A stretch of 64,000 bases of DNA from Chiloscyllium plagiosum (Eukaryota), in contig NC_057741.1 in the NCBI RefSeq assembly GCF_004010195.1, positions 17,773,899 through 17,837,898 on the forward strand, given 5' to 3'. The notes beneath the pieces were generated by a model. It did no database searches. It saw only the letters and a program-made list of their open reading frames with translations, and was not told where the DNA came from. How positions within the stretch are numbered: the first letter of the stretch is position 1; every line of letters begins with the position of its first letter. Of the stretch, positions 22,575-35,014 are shown piece after piece. Position numbers and translations under genes: made by a program.

Positions 22575-25410
22575 AGGAAATCTTACTGGAATTTGCTGGA
22601 AGGTGAGAATAGGCTGCCGGCTCATATTTAGACTGGTGCTGACATAATGTGCTGTAATTTTCCTTGACTCTATAAACTGAGGGGTCTGCCTGCTTGGTTC
22701 CTCTGAAATTTTAATCAATACCTTTGTCTCCAAGGGTGCCTCCATTTTGAGGTACCTTTGATCTGTATCCACAGACCCCACCTCTTCTAGTGGCTGAAGG
22801 TGTTGGCCCTCTGAGTCAGCAACATTGGAAGCTCACTCATTGAGGTGAGAACTGGAATCCGGAAATCATTTCTTTATAAACAACAATCCACGTTAACCCT
22901 GATCTGTTCTGCCCTCACAACAGATGGATGAGCTCTTTACCTTCAGCTAGGTATTTGTACCTGATGAGGTGACACTTACATTGGCTTCCATAACATAAGA
23001 GCAACATAATACTGAAAGATTCAATAGATGTTTATTACAGCTCCTGGTATGAATAGATGTTACAATTGCAGCCACTTTTTTGTCTGGGTTAGTACTGAGT
23101 AAGTCAGTGACCATCTGTAGCATGTCATGCGGCAAGTGGCCCCAGTAAGATGGACACTGAGGTCTTTGTACAATCAGAGTCCTGCTATGATTCAGTGAAG
23201 ATAGCATCAACATGAATCTTAAAGGACTAGTGCATACTAGCTGAGAGACATGATATAACACTCACCATCCACAATAGAATGGAGAGTGTAGAAGCTTGGC
23301 TCCCAGGCTCTAGTCCCAAGCTCAGGGTCTAAAATCCATAGCAAAAATCCTGCCAAAACCCTTGGTGACTGCAGTTAAAATTTACATCCTTATGCTTAGA
23401 ATTTTTTAAAATATCTGATCTTTACCATCTTCAATTCATTCATCTTTCCAGCCCCTTCAACCTCTCCCCCAAAATTTCTACTCCTCTCACTTTTGTACAT
23501 CTCATATTCTCAACTCACAGACACTGGCATCTGATAAATGTCAACCTCAGAGCACATCTCCAATCCACTTACAGGACACTTTTGCATTTCAATGCTGCAT
23601 CACGGGCTGCAATTGCACCTACCACTGTGAATCTGCAGTATTACACTTTGCACTCAGACGCACATACCCAGCTCATGGACTGTGGACCAGCTTATATTTC
23701 CAGTTTCTTCACTCTCTGACATAGTGCTCATTCACTTTGGTCCTACATTGCAGTGCCTTGTCTTGTCTTTTTTGCACTTTGCACTCTCAGCTACAGTTAC
23801 TGTTGTGAAAGAATTATTCAATGTTCTATAAAAAATTACCAGGCAACACAAAAAAATCCTTCACAAAATTAAACTTTAATCTTGCAAAATCCAAGCTGTG
23901 GGAGCCAGCAAAATGTGTTCCCTGACTCCTCCCAAGCTCTTTGTTCTTCTCCAGTTTATACAATTTGTTGGTCCCGCTCTTATCGGATAACATTAGCAGA
24001 GCCAATCATGCTGGCTTGCTTTGCCTTTCTAAATTAATCATTGTCAGTCACACTGGTTCCCTCCATCACACTTAACCTATCACATTACAACACAATCATC
24101 TTCAGCATTAGCTCATCTCCCAGTGATTTAACTAACCTATCACAATGCACTACCATTATCTGTTACTGGCGCCCTGTAACATGATCCCAGGCATACATTG
24201 CAATACTAAGTTAACTACATAATTGCCAGAATAACTTCCATAATACCAGGCTCACAATACTTCTGTCTAGCCTTGCTTTTTTCCCAGAAGTAAAACCAGG
24301 ATGATTGTCACAGTTGTCAGCAGTCTCCAGTCAAGTCAAGGGGATACAGCCTTCACGAAAGGGATCTAGGCACAGTAAGTTGGAGCAGTCTCTTGATACC
24401 AGTTGAGGCTCTGCTTGCAGTGGTCTAAGACAGGATTCTCTCCTCATAAGGAGTGAGAAGCTAATTGATTGGCTGCTACCACTGATCTGACTAGTTTCCT
24501 AGAAAGACAGTGAGGCAGATACTACAGAAATTGAAAGTGGATTGCAGTGCCACTACAAGAAGAAGGTGAGGACTGCAAATGCTGGAGATCAGAGTAGAGA
24601 GTATGATGCTGGAAAAGCACAGCAGGTGAGGCAGCAACTGAGGAGCAGGACAATCAACGTTTCGGGCATAAGGCCCTTCATCAGCCCCTTGCAGCCACTA
24701 CTGCTATGTAGATGTAGAAGTGGCGTGAGCCTGTGAGTTGGCAGCACAGAGTGCATGCAGTGTTGGGGGTTGGAGTGGGTGAGAATATGAAGGAAGATGT
24801 CACAGGCAATAGTGAGAATATCAGAACATGAACCTTGGTAGGAGGTGGGTGCAAGAGCAGAGATAGAGTGAGTGTGAGGTATTGGAGACAAAGTGGTGGC
24901 ACATACCCTGGTGGAGTGGAGAAGGATATTTGCCTACATCCTGCAGTGCTGGTCATCCTTCCAGATCATTGAGAGTGCTTTAATACAAGTAGTAACGAGA
25001 ACAATGCTGGTCCATTGCTTGTCCTGAGGTAGAGTACAATCCCTTGTCAGTACCTCTTCCACCCATACCCCTGCCATACAGTGGGGCACCAATTTCTCTC
25101 TGTCTGCCATGTCCATATTAATGTCAGGAACATTGCAGGGTACCTTCATACTGACAGCACTTGTCCAGGTGCACAATGACCTTTTGCAGATGGTACAGTG
25201 ATGCTGGTGAATTCTGGGTTATCCACTAAGTGGTGACATATTCTAGAATGGTGCTGCTAAGATGAGGCAGAAATCAGACATGAGGGACACCAGGAAACTA
25301 ATGAGGCCAGGTAGGGCGAGAAAACTCACTAGACCTTGTGACAAAGAAAACCCCTCGAAAAACTTCAACACAACTTGGACTTGGCCCAAAAATCTTAAGA
25401 TTCAGCCCAT
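22575..25410 (-). mobile_element. Degenerate PIF/Harbinger-like DNA transposon with Myb/SANT-like gene remnant (~24905-25110)
   Basis: KLVPH..WVEEVLTR...and .RTxQHCR...ANxLLHSTR|gt resemble Harbinger Myb/SANT proteins (KxAPRF..LVEEV..QCRKK.NDL); terminal aagattcagccc at ~25398-25409; boundaries weak. Confidence 0.4.
24560..24684 (-). mobile_element. Short PLE terminal fragment with hammerhead core
   Basis: Minus strand CUGAUGA-A-GGGC-CUUAU-GCCC-GAA-ACGU-U; plus strand gtgaggactgcaaatgctggagatcagag terminus. Confidence 0.75.
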
Positions 25411-26345
25411 CATATTTTGCCTCATTCTCTACAAAGTACTTTCAGAGATTTTGTTTCCATTGCTGGCATTTTTAAAAAACATTTGTATCTATGTATTTTA
25501 TCAAACAAATCTAGATCCAAACATCCTTTAAGTGCATAAATAAAGCCCTTCAATTTTTGTTTTACTTGCATTTAGCATGCTTGCACTCAAGTGCACACAG
25601 GAAAAAAACAATTTGTATAACAGGAAAACAACATGACCTACAGGAAAGTTTTATCTGAGGTAATGGAGTGTTTCATACTCTGTGAATGCTTTTGAAATGT
25701 CAGCATTGAGGAATAATATGTCACTTTGATTGTAGAATAAATAATTTGCATTTATATAGCACCTTATCTTAGATATGTTTCATGTACAATTCATCACTGG
25801 TCTCTTTTTCAGACAAGCTCAGAAGAAAGAACACAAGTCTTGCTCACCTATACTCTCCTTACTGAGTTTATTTAATTTGCACCGAGCCTCCAATTTAAAA
25901 TTCTAACTTTGGCCCATCCCTCCCTCTGAAAATCCTCCCACCTATTGTCTCCCTGCCTCCTACTCAAAGACTCTTCTTCATTCCTTCTGACCTTTTGTGC
26001 ATTCTTTACATTCACCTCTGACTGCTACCATCAACTAGCTCCATGTTTCACCGAAAGCTATGTGGCAAACCTGGAAAAGAAAGTAAGCGCCACTAACCAT
26101 GCTTTACGGTCTTTGTGCCCAGCTTACCATGTGTCAGTGAGACTGGCCTTGCTAGGAAGCTCATAGCAATCATTTAGCAAGGAAGTGATACATTATGTGC
26201 AATTTCATTGTTTCTATTCCTTGTTCAGTCAGTTGTTAAAGGTCCAACCTTAAGATAGGAGATTTTACCTCACCTGCTTTCTAACATCTCTTCCCTTAAC
26301 CAGCATTACCAAATCAGGAAGTTTATTTTTAATGAATCTACATTT

Positions 26346-26460
26346 CTGGCAGCATCTGTGGAGAAAGAAACAGAGTTAACATTTCAAGTCCAGTCTGACT
26401 CTTCTCTGTCCACAGATGCTGCCAGACCTGCTTGGTATCTCCAGCATTTTCTCCATTTGT
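26346..26460. mobile_element. Short palindromic PLE-derived element
   Basis: tctggcagcatctgtgga ... tccacagatgctgccaga inverted arms. Confidence 0.6.
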
Positions 26461-26790
26461 TCTATATATCCGACTGTTGTTTGTAGCATCCCACTATATA
26501 CTATGTTCACTACGTGTGGTAATGCACTACTCACTGCATTGTTGTAATATACCTCCTCAATTTAAATCAGTTTGAATTAAAACACACAGCACCTTGTTCC
26601 CGCTATGTGATCTCGTTTTTATCCTATTATTCTGCCTAACTATAACTTAAGTACAGTGGCTTATTGTAAAATCCTTAAAAGAAAAATTAAACAACAAGGG
26701 GAGGAAATAGCCTCATGATATTATCACTGGACTGTTAATCCAGAGACCAAATTAATGTTCTGGAGGGGGTTCAAATCCGCCACGGCAGAT

Positions 26791-28035
26791 AAGAGTCGTA
26801 ATGTCTTACAATATGGAAACAGACCCTTCAGTCCAACTAGTCCATGCCGACCATGTTCCCAAACTAAACTAGTCCCACTTGCCTTCATTTAGCTCATTTC
26901 ACTTCAAACCTTTCCTAGTCATGTACTTATCCAAATGTCTTTTAAATGTAACTGAACCTGCATGCACCACTTTCTCTGGCAGTTCATTCTACACACTAAC
27001 TACTGTCTGTGTAAAAAGATTGCCCCTTGTGTCCTTTTTAAAACTTTCTCCTCTCACCTTAAAAACATGGCCCCTTGTTTTGAACGCCCCCAGCTTTGGG
27101 AAAAGACCTTGCTGTTCACCTTATCTATGCCCCTTGTGATTTTATAAACCTCTGTATGGTTGTCATCCTGTTCCCCCCTCAGTCAAAACAAAATGCTCAG
27201 AGGCACAGTATAGTTTTACTCCCTTCATCTTTATTCTGGGCCCTGGAGGGAGAGAGAACGATCACCCATGTGCACAGAGACATGAGTTCACGGTCTTCTC
27301 TGGAATAGCAGTTTCTTAATTAATTATATAGTGATTTTACAGGGAGGAGCATCCAGTTAAGTCAACGTACATATTGATTGGGTGACCGTTACAATCAGCG
27401 ATCATCAACATAAAGATTAAGCCATCTGCTGTTACACAATGAACATTCTTAACCTTAACTGGCTTCATATAATGAATATTTTTCACCAATTACATACTGA
27501 ATGCTTCCAATATTGTTAAATGGCTCTGCATAATGAATGCTGTTCCACCTTGTTAACACACTACCCTTGCATCCAGCACCCCATTGTTAACTGCAAGTTT
27601 TTATCTGATGCTCAGCTGAACCACTTGTTTCACAAAACTCAAAACATAACTCTTTCCCTACCTGCTCATAACCGATATACATTCTCACGGTCACCCCTCA
27701 ACCTCCTATGCTCCAGTGAAAAATGTCCCAGCCTATTTTTGTAATTCAATCCCTCCATATCCAGCAACATCCTGGTAAATCTTTTCTGAACCCTCTCCAA
27801 TTTAGTAATATCCTTCCTATAGTCGAGTCGATAAGAACTGCACACAGTATTCCAGAAGAGGCCTCAACAATGTCTACAGAGGTCTGAGCAATAAAGGCAA
27901 GTGTGCTAAATGCCTTCTTCACCACCCTGTCTATCTGTTTCAAAGAATTATATACCCAAACTCCTAGCTCTCTCTGTTCTACAGTAGTTTCCAGAGCCCT
28001 ACCATTAATTATATAAGACTGCCCTTGTTTGTTTT
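26791..28035 (-). mobile_element. CR1 3' fragment, itself split by a solo LTR
   Basis: QIDRVVKKAFSTLAFI and LERVQKR-type remnants; CR1 3' UTR at 26791-27000. Confidence 0.75.
27161..27687 (-). mobile_element. Solo LTR (527 bp)
   Basis: TG...CA termini; TGGT/CGGT TSD (differs by a CpG transition); CR1 rejoins across it; homologous fragment at 53023-53172. Confidence 0.65.
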
Positions 28036-29115
28036 ATGATAGAATCTGAATTCAATTAAAGGAAAATCTGAATGAAGAGTCTAATGATGACCATGAATCT
28101 GTTGTTGATTGTCAGGAAAAATTCATCTCATCCACTAATGTCCTTTATGGAAGGAAATTGCTGTCCCTATCTGGTCTGGCCTACATATGATTCCAGACCC
28201 ACAGCAATGTGGTTGACTCTGAAACTGCCCTCTGCGCAATTAGGATGAGCAATAACTGCTGGTTTAGCCAGTGATGCTGTCATGCTGTGAATATATTTTA
28301 AAAATACAGTACATATTCTGAATACTCTATTCTTTCACTGTTGACAGTTCTTGTAGCATCACCACTGCAATCTAAGTCAAAACAGTATTCCTGAATGTCA
28401 CTTGCTACATTTTTTTGCCTGCAGATTTTTCTTTTGACAAATACACAATTAATGGTGCAGCTCATTGCTTACAAGGCATAACGTGCACTTATTTTGTGCT
28501 GAAAGTGTCACAAATTAATCACACAATCTGAATTGAGTCATTTTAAAATCACGTCCTTATTTACTGAGTAACAATTTCTGCTCAGTCATGATAAAGGCAT
28601 CACTCAAGTTTCTCTCATTCTTCCCAAACTACTCACTGTAAACAAACACCAGTTAGACTAGAAGGCTTCACAAAGGGAAAGTGTGCTACACCTCTTTGAT
28701 TTTGTTTGGAAGAGAAAGATAACCTATAAAAGGAACAAATCAGTACTATCACAAGGTACATTTTAGCACAGATAATTTTGCTGGGTTACATATGTGTGAT
28801 TTATAAATAAATAAAAATGGGTAGCCCATAGATCTCCTTTGTCTTCAACAATTAAGGCTCCATCTAACATTAACAGTAAGAGAATTCTTATGACTGCAAT
28901 GTCACTATCATTCTGCGCACACTTCTGTCTGTCACAATGTGATAGCACATGTCATTAACAGGCTCAAATTATAACATCAACAGATCAGAACTGAGGGGGT
29001 AGGAAATGTGTGAATCAAAAGTGATGAACATGGCGAGAGAATTAAGCAGAGAAACAGCTCAGAGGTAGTTAAAGAAAGCAATAAATACAGTAGAAAGAGG
29101 AAACTTACACCATTG

Positions 29116-29383
29116 CACAATGGCTCAGTGGTTAGCACTGCTGCCTCACAGCACCATGGACCAGGGTTTGATTCCAGCATTGGACAACTGTCCGTGTGAA
29201 GTTTGCACATTCTCGCTGTGTCTGTGTGGGTTTATTGTGGGTGCTCCGGTTTCCTCCCATAATCCAAAGATTTGCAATTTTGGTGAATTGGCCTACGAAA
29301 TTGCCCATAGTGTTCAGGGATGTGTAAGTTACGTGCATTGGTTGGGCCGAAGGGCCTGTTTCCGCGCTGTAAGGAATCTAATC
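29116..29383 (+). mobile_element. HE1-type SINE (internal deletion)
   Basis: GCACAATGGCTCAGTGGTTAGCACTGCTGCCTCACAGC head; ggaatctaatc tail. Confidence 0.85.
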
Positions 29384-29399
29384 AAAGATGAATGGTAAG

Positions 29400-29820
29400 C
29401 TTGTGACAGTTTTAAAAAACAAAAAAGATTACCAAAATAAAATAAAGAGGTAGAAAATAAACTTTGAGAATAAACTCAATAATATTCAAACAGAAAGTAA
29501 GAACTTATCTAAATATCTGAAAAGGTAGGGAGTGGCCAAAGTGAACATAAGCTTCTTCGAGACTGAGGTCAGAGAGATAATAATGGAGAATCAGCAAATT
29601 GCAGAAGAGCTGAATACTTTACTCAGTCATCAGGTAGAGGATATTGGTACCATTCCAAAAATACTGAATAATCAAGGGGCAAAAGTGACAAGTACAATAA
29701 CTATGATTAGGGGGAAGTATTGAGGACGCTCATGGATCTAAGGCCATTATATCCCATGGGCCTAATAGTTTGCATCCTAGCATATCAAAGTAGGTAGCTA
29801 TAGAGATAATGGATACATTG
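29400..29820 (+). mobile_element. CR1 ORF2 mid fragment
   Basis: EIIMENQQIAEELN; ccatgggcctaatagtttgcatcctag (SPGPDGLHPR-like). Confidence 0.55.
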
Positions 29821-31190
29821 CCCATTAACAACTCTATTGGAGCTATCCCTGTATTTTCATGAGGGGTGGTCCTACAATCAAATAGGAACAGGACAATTTG
29901 GTATCTAGTGAAGCTATAGGCTGTTTCCTTAAAGTTTTGACTGCGGGTTCTATCAGACCATTGGATGATGGATGATATAGAGCTGTCCTTATATGTTGCA
30001 TACGTTAGGAAATACTCAAATTCCCTGCTGGTAAACGATGGCCTGTTATCTGTGACCAGCACTTCCAGAGTCTGGGTATTGCAAAAGATGTGTTGACGAA
30101 TGAACTTTAAGCACGTCCAACCATTTTGAGTGGATGTCCACAATGACTAAGCACATTGAGCCTATGAAAGGACATGCATAGTCGACATGTAACTGAGGCC
30201 AGCGTTTACCCAGCCATTCCCACAAATGTAGGGGAGCTGCTGGTGATAATTTTTGTCCTTGTCGGCACTCTGGGCAATGCCCCACCAATGTGGCTATTTC
30301 TGCATCCAATTCTGGCCACCAGACATAACTTCTAGGCAACATCTTCATTTTGGAAACCCCTGGATGACCTTACTGGAGTTCAGTCAGTATCTGGCAGTGA
30401 CTCTTGCTCCCCATAATAATATGCTATTCCCTACGGGTCTAAAAAGGTTTCATTTCTGGTTGTGACGGCCCTTTGATGTCCCCCATCACTCCCACTAGTT
30501 TCAGTTTTGCCAGGACTGGATCTCTCAGCATCCAACATCTGATATTTTCAGCTGTGACTGGAAGTGAGTCCAGAAAAATTAAAACTATTATGGATTCTAT
30601 CAGTGAGAGTATCACTGGTGATGTATCTGCCAGCAGGAGGCAGCTGAGTGTGTCCGCATAGGTTACTTGGCCTCCCGGACAGTGTGGAGAAAGTGAGGTC
30701 TGCAGATGCTGGAGATCAAAGTTGAAACTTTATTGCTGGAACAGCACAGCAGGTCAGGCAGCATCCAGGGAACAGGAGATTCGACGTTTCGGGCACAGGC
30801 CCTTCTCCCGGACAGTGTTTCAACTTGTAATTATACGCATTCCTCTCTATTAGGCCACTTACATACTAACACTATCCCAGTGTGGTGCAGGGAGGCATTA
30901 TATGTCAATCCCAGATCTCGCTTAGGATTATAGTGTGCCAAACTATGGCTTGGTTATGTGACAACTTCCAAGGCTGGCCCTTTTCTAGGAGTTAATGCAA
31001 AGGTATCAGGATGGAGGCCAGGTTATGTATAAATTTTCTGGGAAAATTCACCAGCCCAAGGAAAGACCTAAGCTTCGGTACAGATGTGGGAGCCAGGGCA
31101 CTTTTAATCACCCTCACTTTATCTTCCAATGGTACAATGATCTTGTCAACTCTGTAGCCCAGGTAGATCTGAACAAAGAGACCTTGTACT
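29820..31190 (-). mobile_element. Gypsy pol fragment (RT C-terminus, RNase H, integrase), degenerate
   Basis: YLGYRVD, LRSFLGLVN, RSYVWWPELDAEI..GHCPEC (integrase zinc finger), LHVDYACPF..LVIVDIHSKW, LVTDNRPSFTSREF, TTPH..TGIAPIELLMG. Confidence 0.85.
30686..30804 (-). mobile_element. Young PLE terminal insertion with 14-bp TSD
   Basis: Identical to 6875-6993; TSD CTCCCGGACAGTGT at 30672-30685 and 30805-30818; truncated inside the hammerhead core. Confidence 0.85.
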
Positions 31191-31875
31191 GCAGTTTCAT
31201 AGCTCCTTGAAAGTGCAGTCGCAGGTAGATAGGATAGTGAAGAAGGCATTTGGTATGCTTTCCTTTATTGGTCAGAGTATTGAGTACAGGAGTTGGGAGG
31301 TCATGTTGTGGCTGTACAGGATATTGGTTAGGCCACTTTTGGAATATTGCATGCAATTCTGGTCTCCTTCTTATCAGAAGGATGTTGTGAAACTTGATAG
31401 AGTTCAGAAAAGATTCACAAGGATGTTGCCAGGGTTGCAGGATTTGAGCTATAGGGAAAGGTTGAATCGGCTGGGGCTGTTTTCCCTGAAGCGTCGGAGG
31501 CTAAGGGGTGACCTTATAGAGGTTTATAAAATCATGAGGGGCATGGATAGGATAAATAGACAAAGTCTTTTCCCTGGGGTGAGAGAGTCCAGAACTAGAG
31601 GGCATAGCTTTAGAGTGAGAGGGGAAAGATAAAGAAAAGGCCTAAAGGGCAACTTTTTCACACAGAGGGTGGTACCTGTATGGAATGAGCTGCCAGAGGA
31701 AGTGGTGGAGGCTAGTACAAGTGCAACATTTAAAAGGCACCTGGATGGGTATATGAATAGGCAGGGTTTGGAGGGATATGGGCTGGGTGCTAGCAAGTTG
31801 GACTAGATTAGGTTGGGATACCTGGTTGGCACAGACGAGTTGGACCGAAGGGTCTGTTTCTGTGTACATCTCTCT
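31185..31875 (+). mobile_element. Young CR1 3' fragment (ORF2 C-terminus and 3' UTR)
   Basis: ORF 31207-31632: LYRILVRPLLEYCMQFWSP..LDRVQKRFTRMLPGL..LSYRERLNRLGLFSL.RRRLRGDLIEVYKI..TRGH. Confidence 0.92.
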
Positions 31876-32187
31876 GACCTTCTGCGTATTCTATCAACTG
31901 AATCAATTTAGTTCTCAGATTTACATGAGAATCTTGAGATTCTAAAACTATGTTGAGTGCAAATTCAATGAATGTATTTGGGAACTCCCCCAGTTACTCA
32001 ATGGGTCAATGTGACACAAATTAGAGTTATGAAGAGTTGGGGAGTGTGTTTTGATTCACCCGTCTCTGCTGGAGGACCTTACCTCAGCTCAAGTGGCAAT
32101 GAAAGGACAAGAATTGGCTTTCCCTGAACTTTGGAAGGGAAACATCAGTCTTATGCTGGGTGGCAGCAAAGATATTTGGGTGAGGAT

Positions 32188-32700
32188 GACAACAGCAACG
32201 TGCATTTGTATGGTACCATTAATACTGTAAACAGCCCAAGACATTTCACAAAAATATAATCAGACAGCGAACTGAGCTAAAGGAGGAAATATTTGGACCT
32301 ATAATTCACATTTTGGCATGCAGTAAGTTGTGAAGAACACCTTAATGGAAGAATTGGAGATGGACAGGAGTGAAAGTTTCAAAGGAAGTTCAGATCTTTT
32401 GTCTTACTTGGCTACCCAGGGAGTCTGGAGGGAATACAGGAAGCTCAAAAGACTAAAGAAGAAGAAACAGAGATTTCAGAGAGGATTGTTGAGGTGGGAG
32501 GTGATACGCAGTCATGGAAGGTGAGGCCATTCAAGGATTTGAATCTAAGGACTGGAATTTTAAAATTGAGGTAATAATGGACTGTGAGTCAATATAGATC
32601 AGTAAGCACAGAGGCTATGGATGTTTGGTATGTTGCATATACAGACCACTGTAAAACAACATGAGTATATACTGTTTAGTCTCAAATGTGAAAAATGGAG
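32188..32700 (-). mobile_element. L2-like LINE 3' remnant
   Basis: aacaacagcaacgtgcatttgtatggtacc terminus and gaattttaaaattgagg motif typical of L2 3' regions. Confidence 0.45.
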
Positions 32701-34001
32701 CTGCACAAGATAGGGAAGGCTGTTCATTGCATGCAATTGCCATGAAAAGACCGATATTAAGCAATCAGACTACAGATAGAGATATGACAGTGGTGTCTTG
32801 CATTAAGAATATAGTGGTTAAAAACTAATTTCATTTTTGGAAGAAGCTAAAAATTCTACCACACAGGAAATATGCAAAACCAATCACGGCACATGTGATC
32901 TGTGCAAGTACAAGTATGCATTGACATTGGAGAAATCTAACTGTAAATGTCAAAAGCCTTTGATAATCAACAGAAACATTTAAGTACAAAGCTGTATTTA
33001 ACTTGGGTCACTGAATCCGGCATCCGGGTGTAAAGTTTATATCAATGGAACAAGTGCAAGTCAGAATTTTCCAAACAATGAAACAATCTGTCGAAACTGT
33101 TAAGGAAGTGGGTTGGAAGAACATAAATGGTAAAAAAAAAATGAAATATTTACACCAAAATTTTGCTAGGGCCAAGTTGCACAATACAGCCTGAGACAGT
33201 GCCTGCCCTTTATAGCTTTCCACCTTTTATCTCCTTTTGTGTACTTTTCTTTCCCCTCAAATTCCAAACATTTAATTTTATTTTCACATCCTTACATTCC
33301 GAAGGTAGAGCTGTGCACAACAGGAAAGCATAATGGTCTTGGGTTTGCAACTCCAATTCACAATTCACGCAATTGTTTGCAATGGTGCACAAGCTGTAAG
33401 AAAAATGTTGCAAGCTGCAAATTTGGTTTATCCTTCATGCCCCACATCCCTGATGTACATTCGTAGCATGTAAAACTTTGAATCATAAGTGCCAAACCAT
33501 AAAACCTGCACATGATTAATACCCTGTTTTGTTTTTCAAACACTGCACTGGTGTATAGGTTAATAACAAATTTGTACTACACAGTTCAATCACAAATAAA
33601 GAGGTATTGTTTCAGTGAAAATGATTGATTGTAAATAAGTGGTTGCAAATCAATTTATTTTATCATGGGAAGAGAAACTGTGAAGTTTTGCAAGAGATGC
33701 AACATTTCCCGATAAGTACACATTCCATTATGTGACAAATATATAAACATTTGTGCATCAACTTTGTTTGGCAACTTTAAATGCATCCAAAGAGCCAATT
33801 TGGTCCAGTTGTTATTAAATGAATCATAACATTGTATAAGTTGATTTTTTTTAATGCTCTTCCCTCAAATTCCTTAGCCCTCCTGAACTGAAGATAGCCA
33901 TTAAGGATTGGGATATGGTTTCAAGGTGACACCAAAATTATATATTGGTGAAATAGTCATTTAATATGTATAATATTTATCCAACCAAGCCCAATCTTGC
34001 T

Positions 34002-34071
34002 TTAACTTGGCATCTCCAATTGTACTATTGGTAGCATTAACTTGGCATCTCCAATTGTACTATTGGTAGCA
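34002..34071 (+). repeat. Perfect 35-bp tandem duplication
   Basis: TTAACTTGGCATCTCCAATTGTACTATTGGTAGCA twice (34002-34036, 34037-34071). Confidence 0.95.
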
Positions 34072-34216
34072 GGACTCACTGGTGAACTGCAAACAGGACC
34101 AGGCAAATCATATCGGTTCACTCCTGCAGGAATCCTGGAATCTAATGGAAAATTTGTATTAAAAAAAGGTCTACACATTGCTGGTTTCCCTCAGTCAAAT
34201 GTCAACATAGATTTCG

Positions 34217-34469
34217 TAGAATCCCTACAGTGTGGAAACAGGCCATTTGGCCCAACAAGTCCACACTGACCCTCCAAAGAGTAACCCACCCAGACCTTAT
34301 GACCCTACATTTACCCTTGATTAATGCACCTGACCTACACATTCCTGAACACTATGGTCAATTTTGCATGGCCAATTCACCTAATCTGCACATCTTTGGC
34401 TTGTGGGGGGAAACTGGAGCACCTGGATCCCTGGTGCTGTGACGCAGCAGTACTAACCACTGAGCCACT
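34217..34469 (-). mobile_element. HE1-type SINE
   Basis: agaatccctacagtgtggaaacaggcc...ctaaccactgagccac. Confidence 0.85.
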
Positions 34470-34744
34470 CTCATAGTATTTGGAATAATGGATTGCTTGC
34501 ATGTGTTCTAGTATGCTTTTTCAGTGTAGATTAACTGAATAGCCACTAATTATGAATCATCCTCAAAGGCTTAATGTACAATTGGGTGTAGTGCTGAAAT
34601 CAGGAAGGTTCTAAATTGAATTCTTAGCTAATTACAGCTCACATGTTCACATGATCAATCCAATTTGGCTTGTTCAAAATACACTGAAATTCTTTTTTAC
34701 AACATCGCCACAGTTGTATAATAATTCCAGGGCCCTTTACTATA

Positions 34745-35014
34745 TTAGATTAGACTCGACAGCGTGGAAACAGGCCCCTTGGCCCAACCAGTCTACACCA
34801 ACCCTCCGAAGAGTAACCCACCCAGACCCATTTCCCTCTGACTAATGCACCTAACACTATGGGCAATTTAGCATGGCCAATTCACCTGACCTGCACATCT
34901 TTGGACTGTGGGAGGAAACCCATGCAAACTCCATACAGACAGTTGCCCGATGCTGGAATTGAACCTGGGACCCTGGTGCTGTAAGGCAGCAGTGCTAACC
35001 ACTGAGCCACCGTG
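34745..35014 (-). mobile_element. HE1-type SINE
   Basis: ttagattaga tail ... gctaaccactgagccaccgtg head. Confidence 0.85.

Larger units (their letters stand above)
26698..28295 (+). mobile_element. tRNA-derived shark SINE split into two halves (26698-26790 and ~28040-28295) by a CR1 insertion
   Basis: Head ...ggttcaaatccgccacggcagat rejoins agaatctgaattcaat...gcaataactgctggtttagccag tail. Confidence 0.6.

Noticed and set aside
23801-24260. Possible additional solo LTR (TGTTGTG...CACAATA)
   Set aside because: Could not define a convincing TSD or 3' terminus
28977-29210. Hydrophobic minus-strand ORF (CNGVSFLFLLYLLLSL) as the MGAT4 signal anchor
   Set aside because: Starts in an antisense HE1 SINE, runs through T-rich sequence to a stop, and has no suitable phase-1 donor after the hydrophobic run
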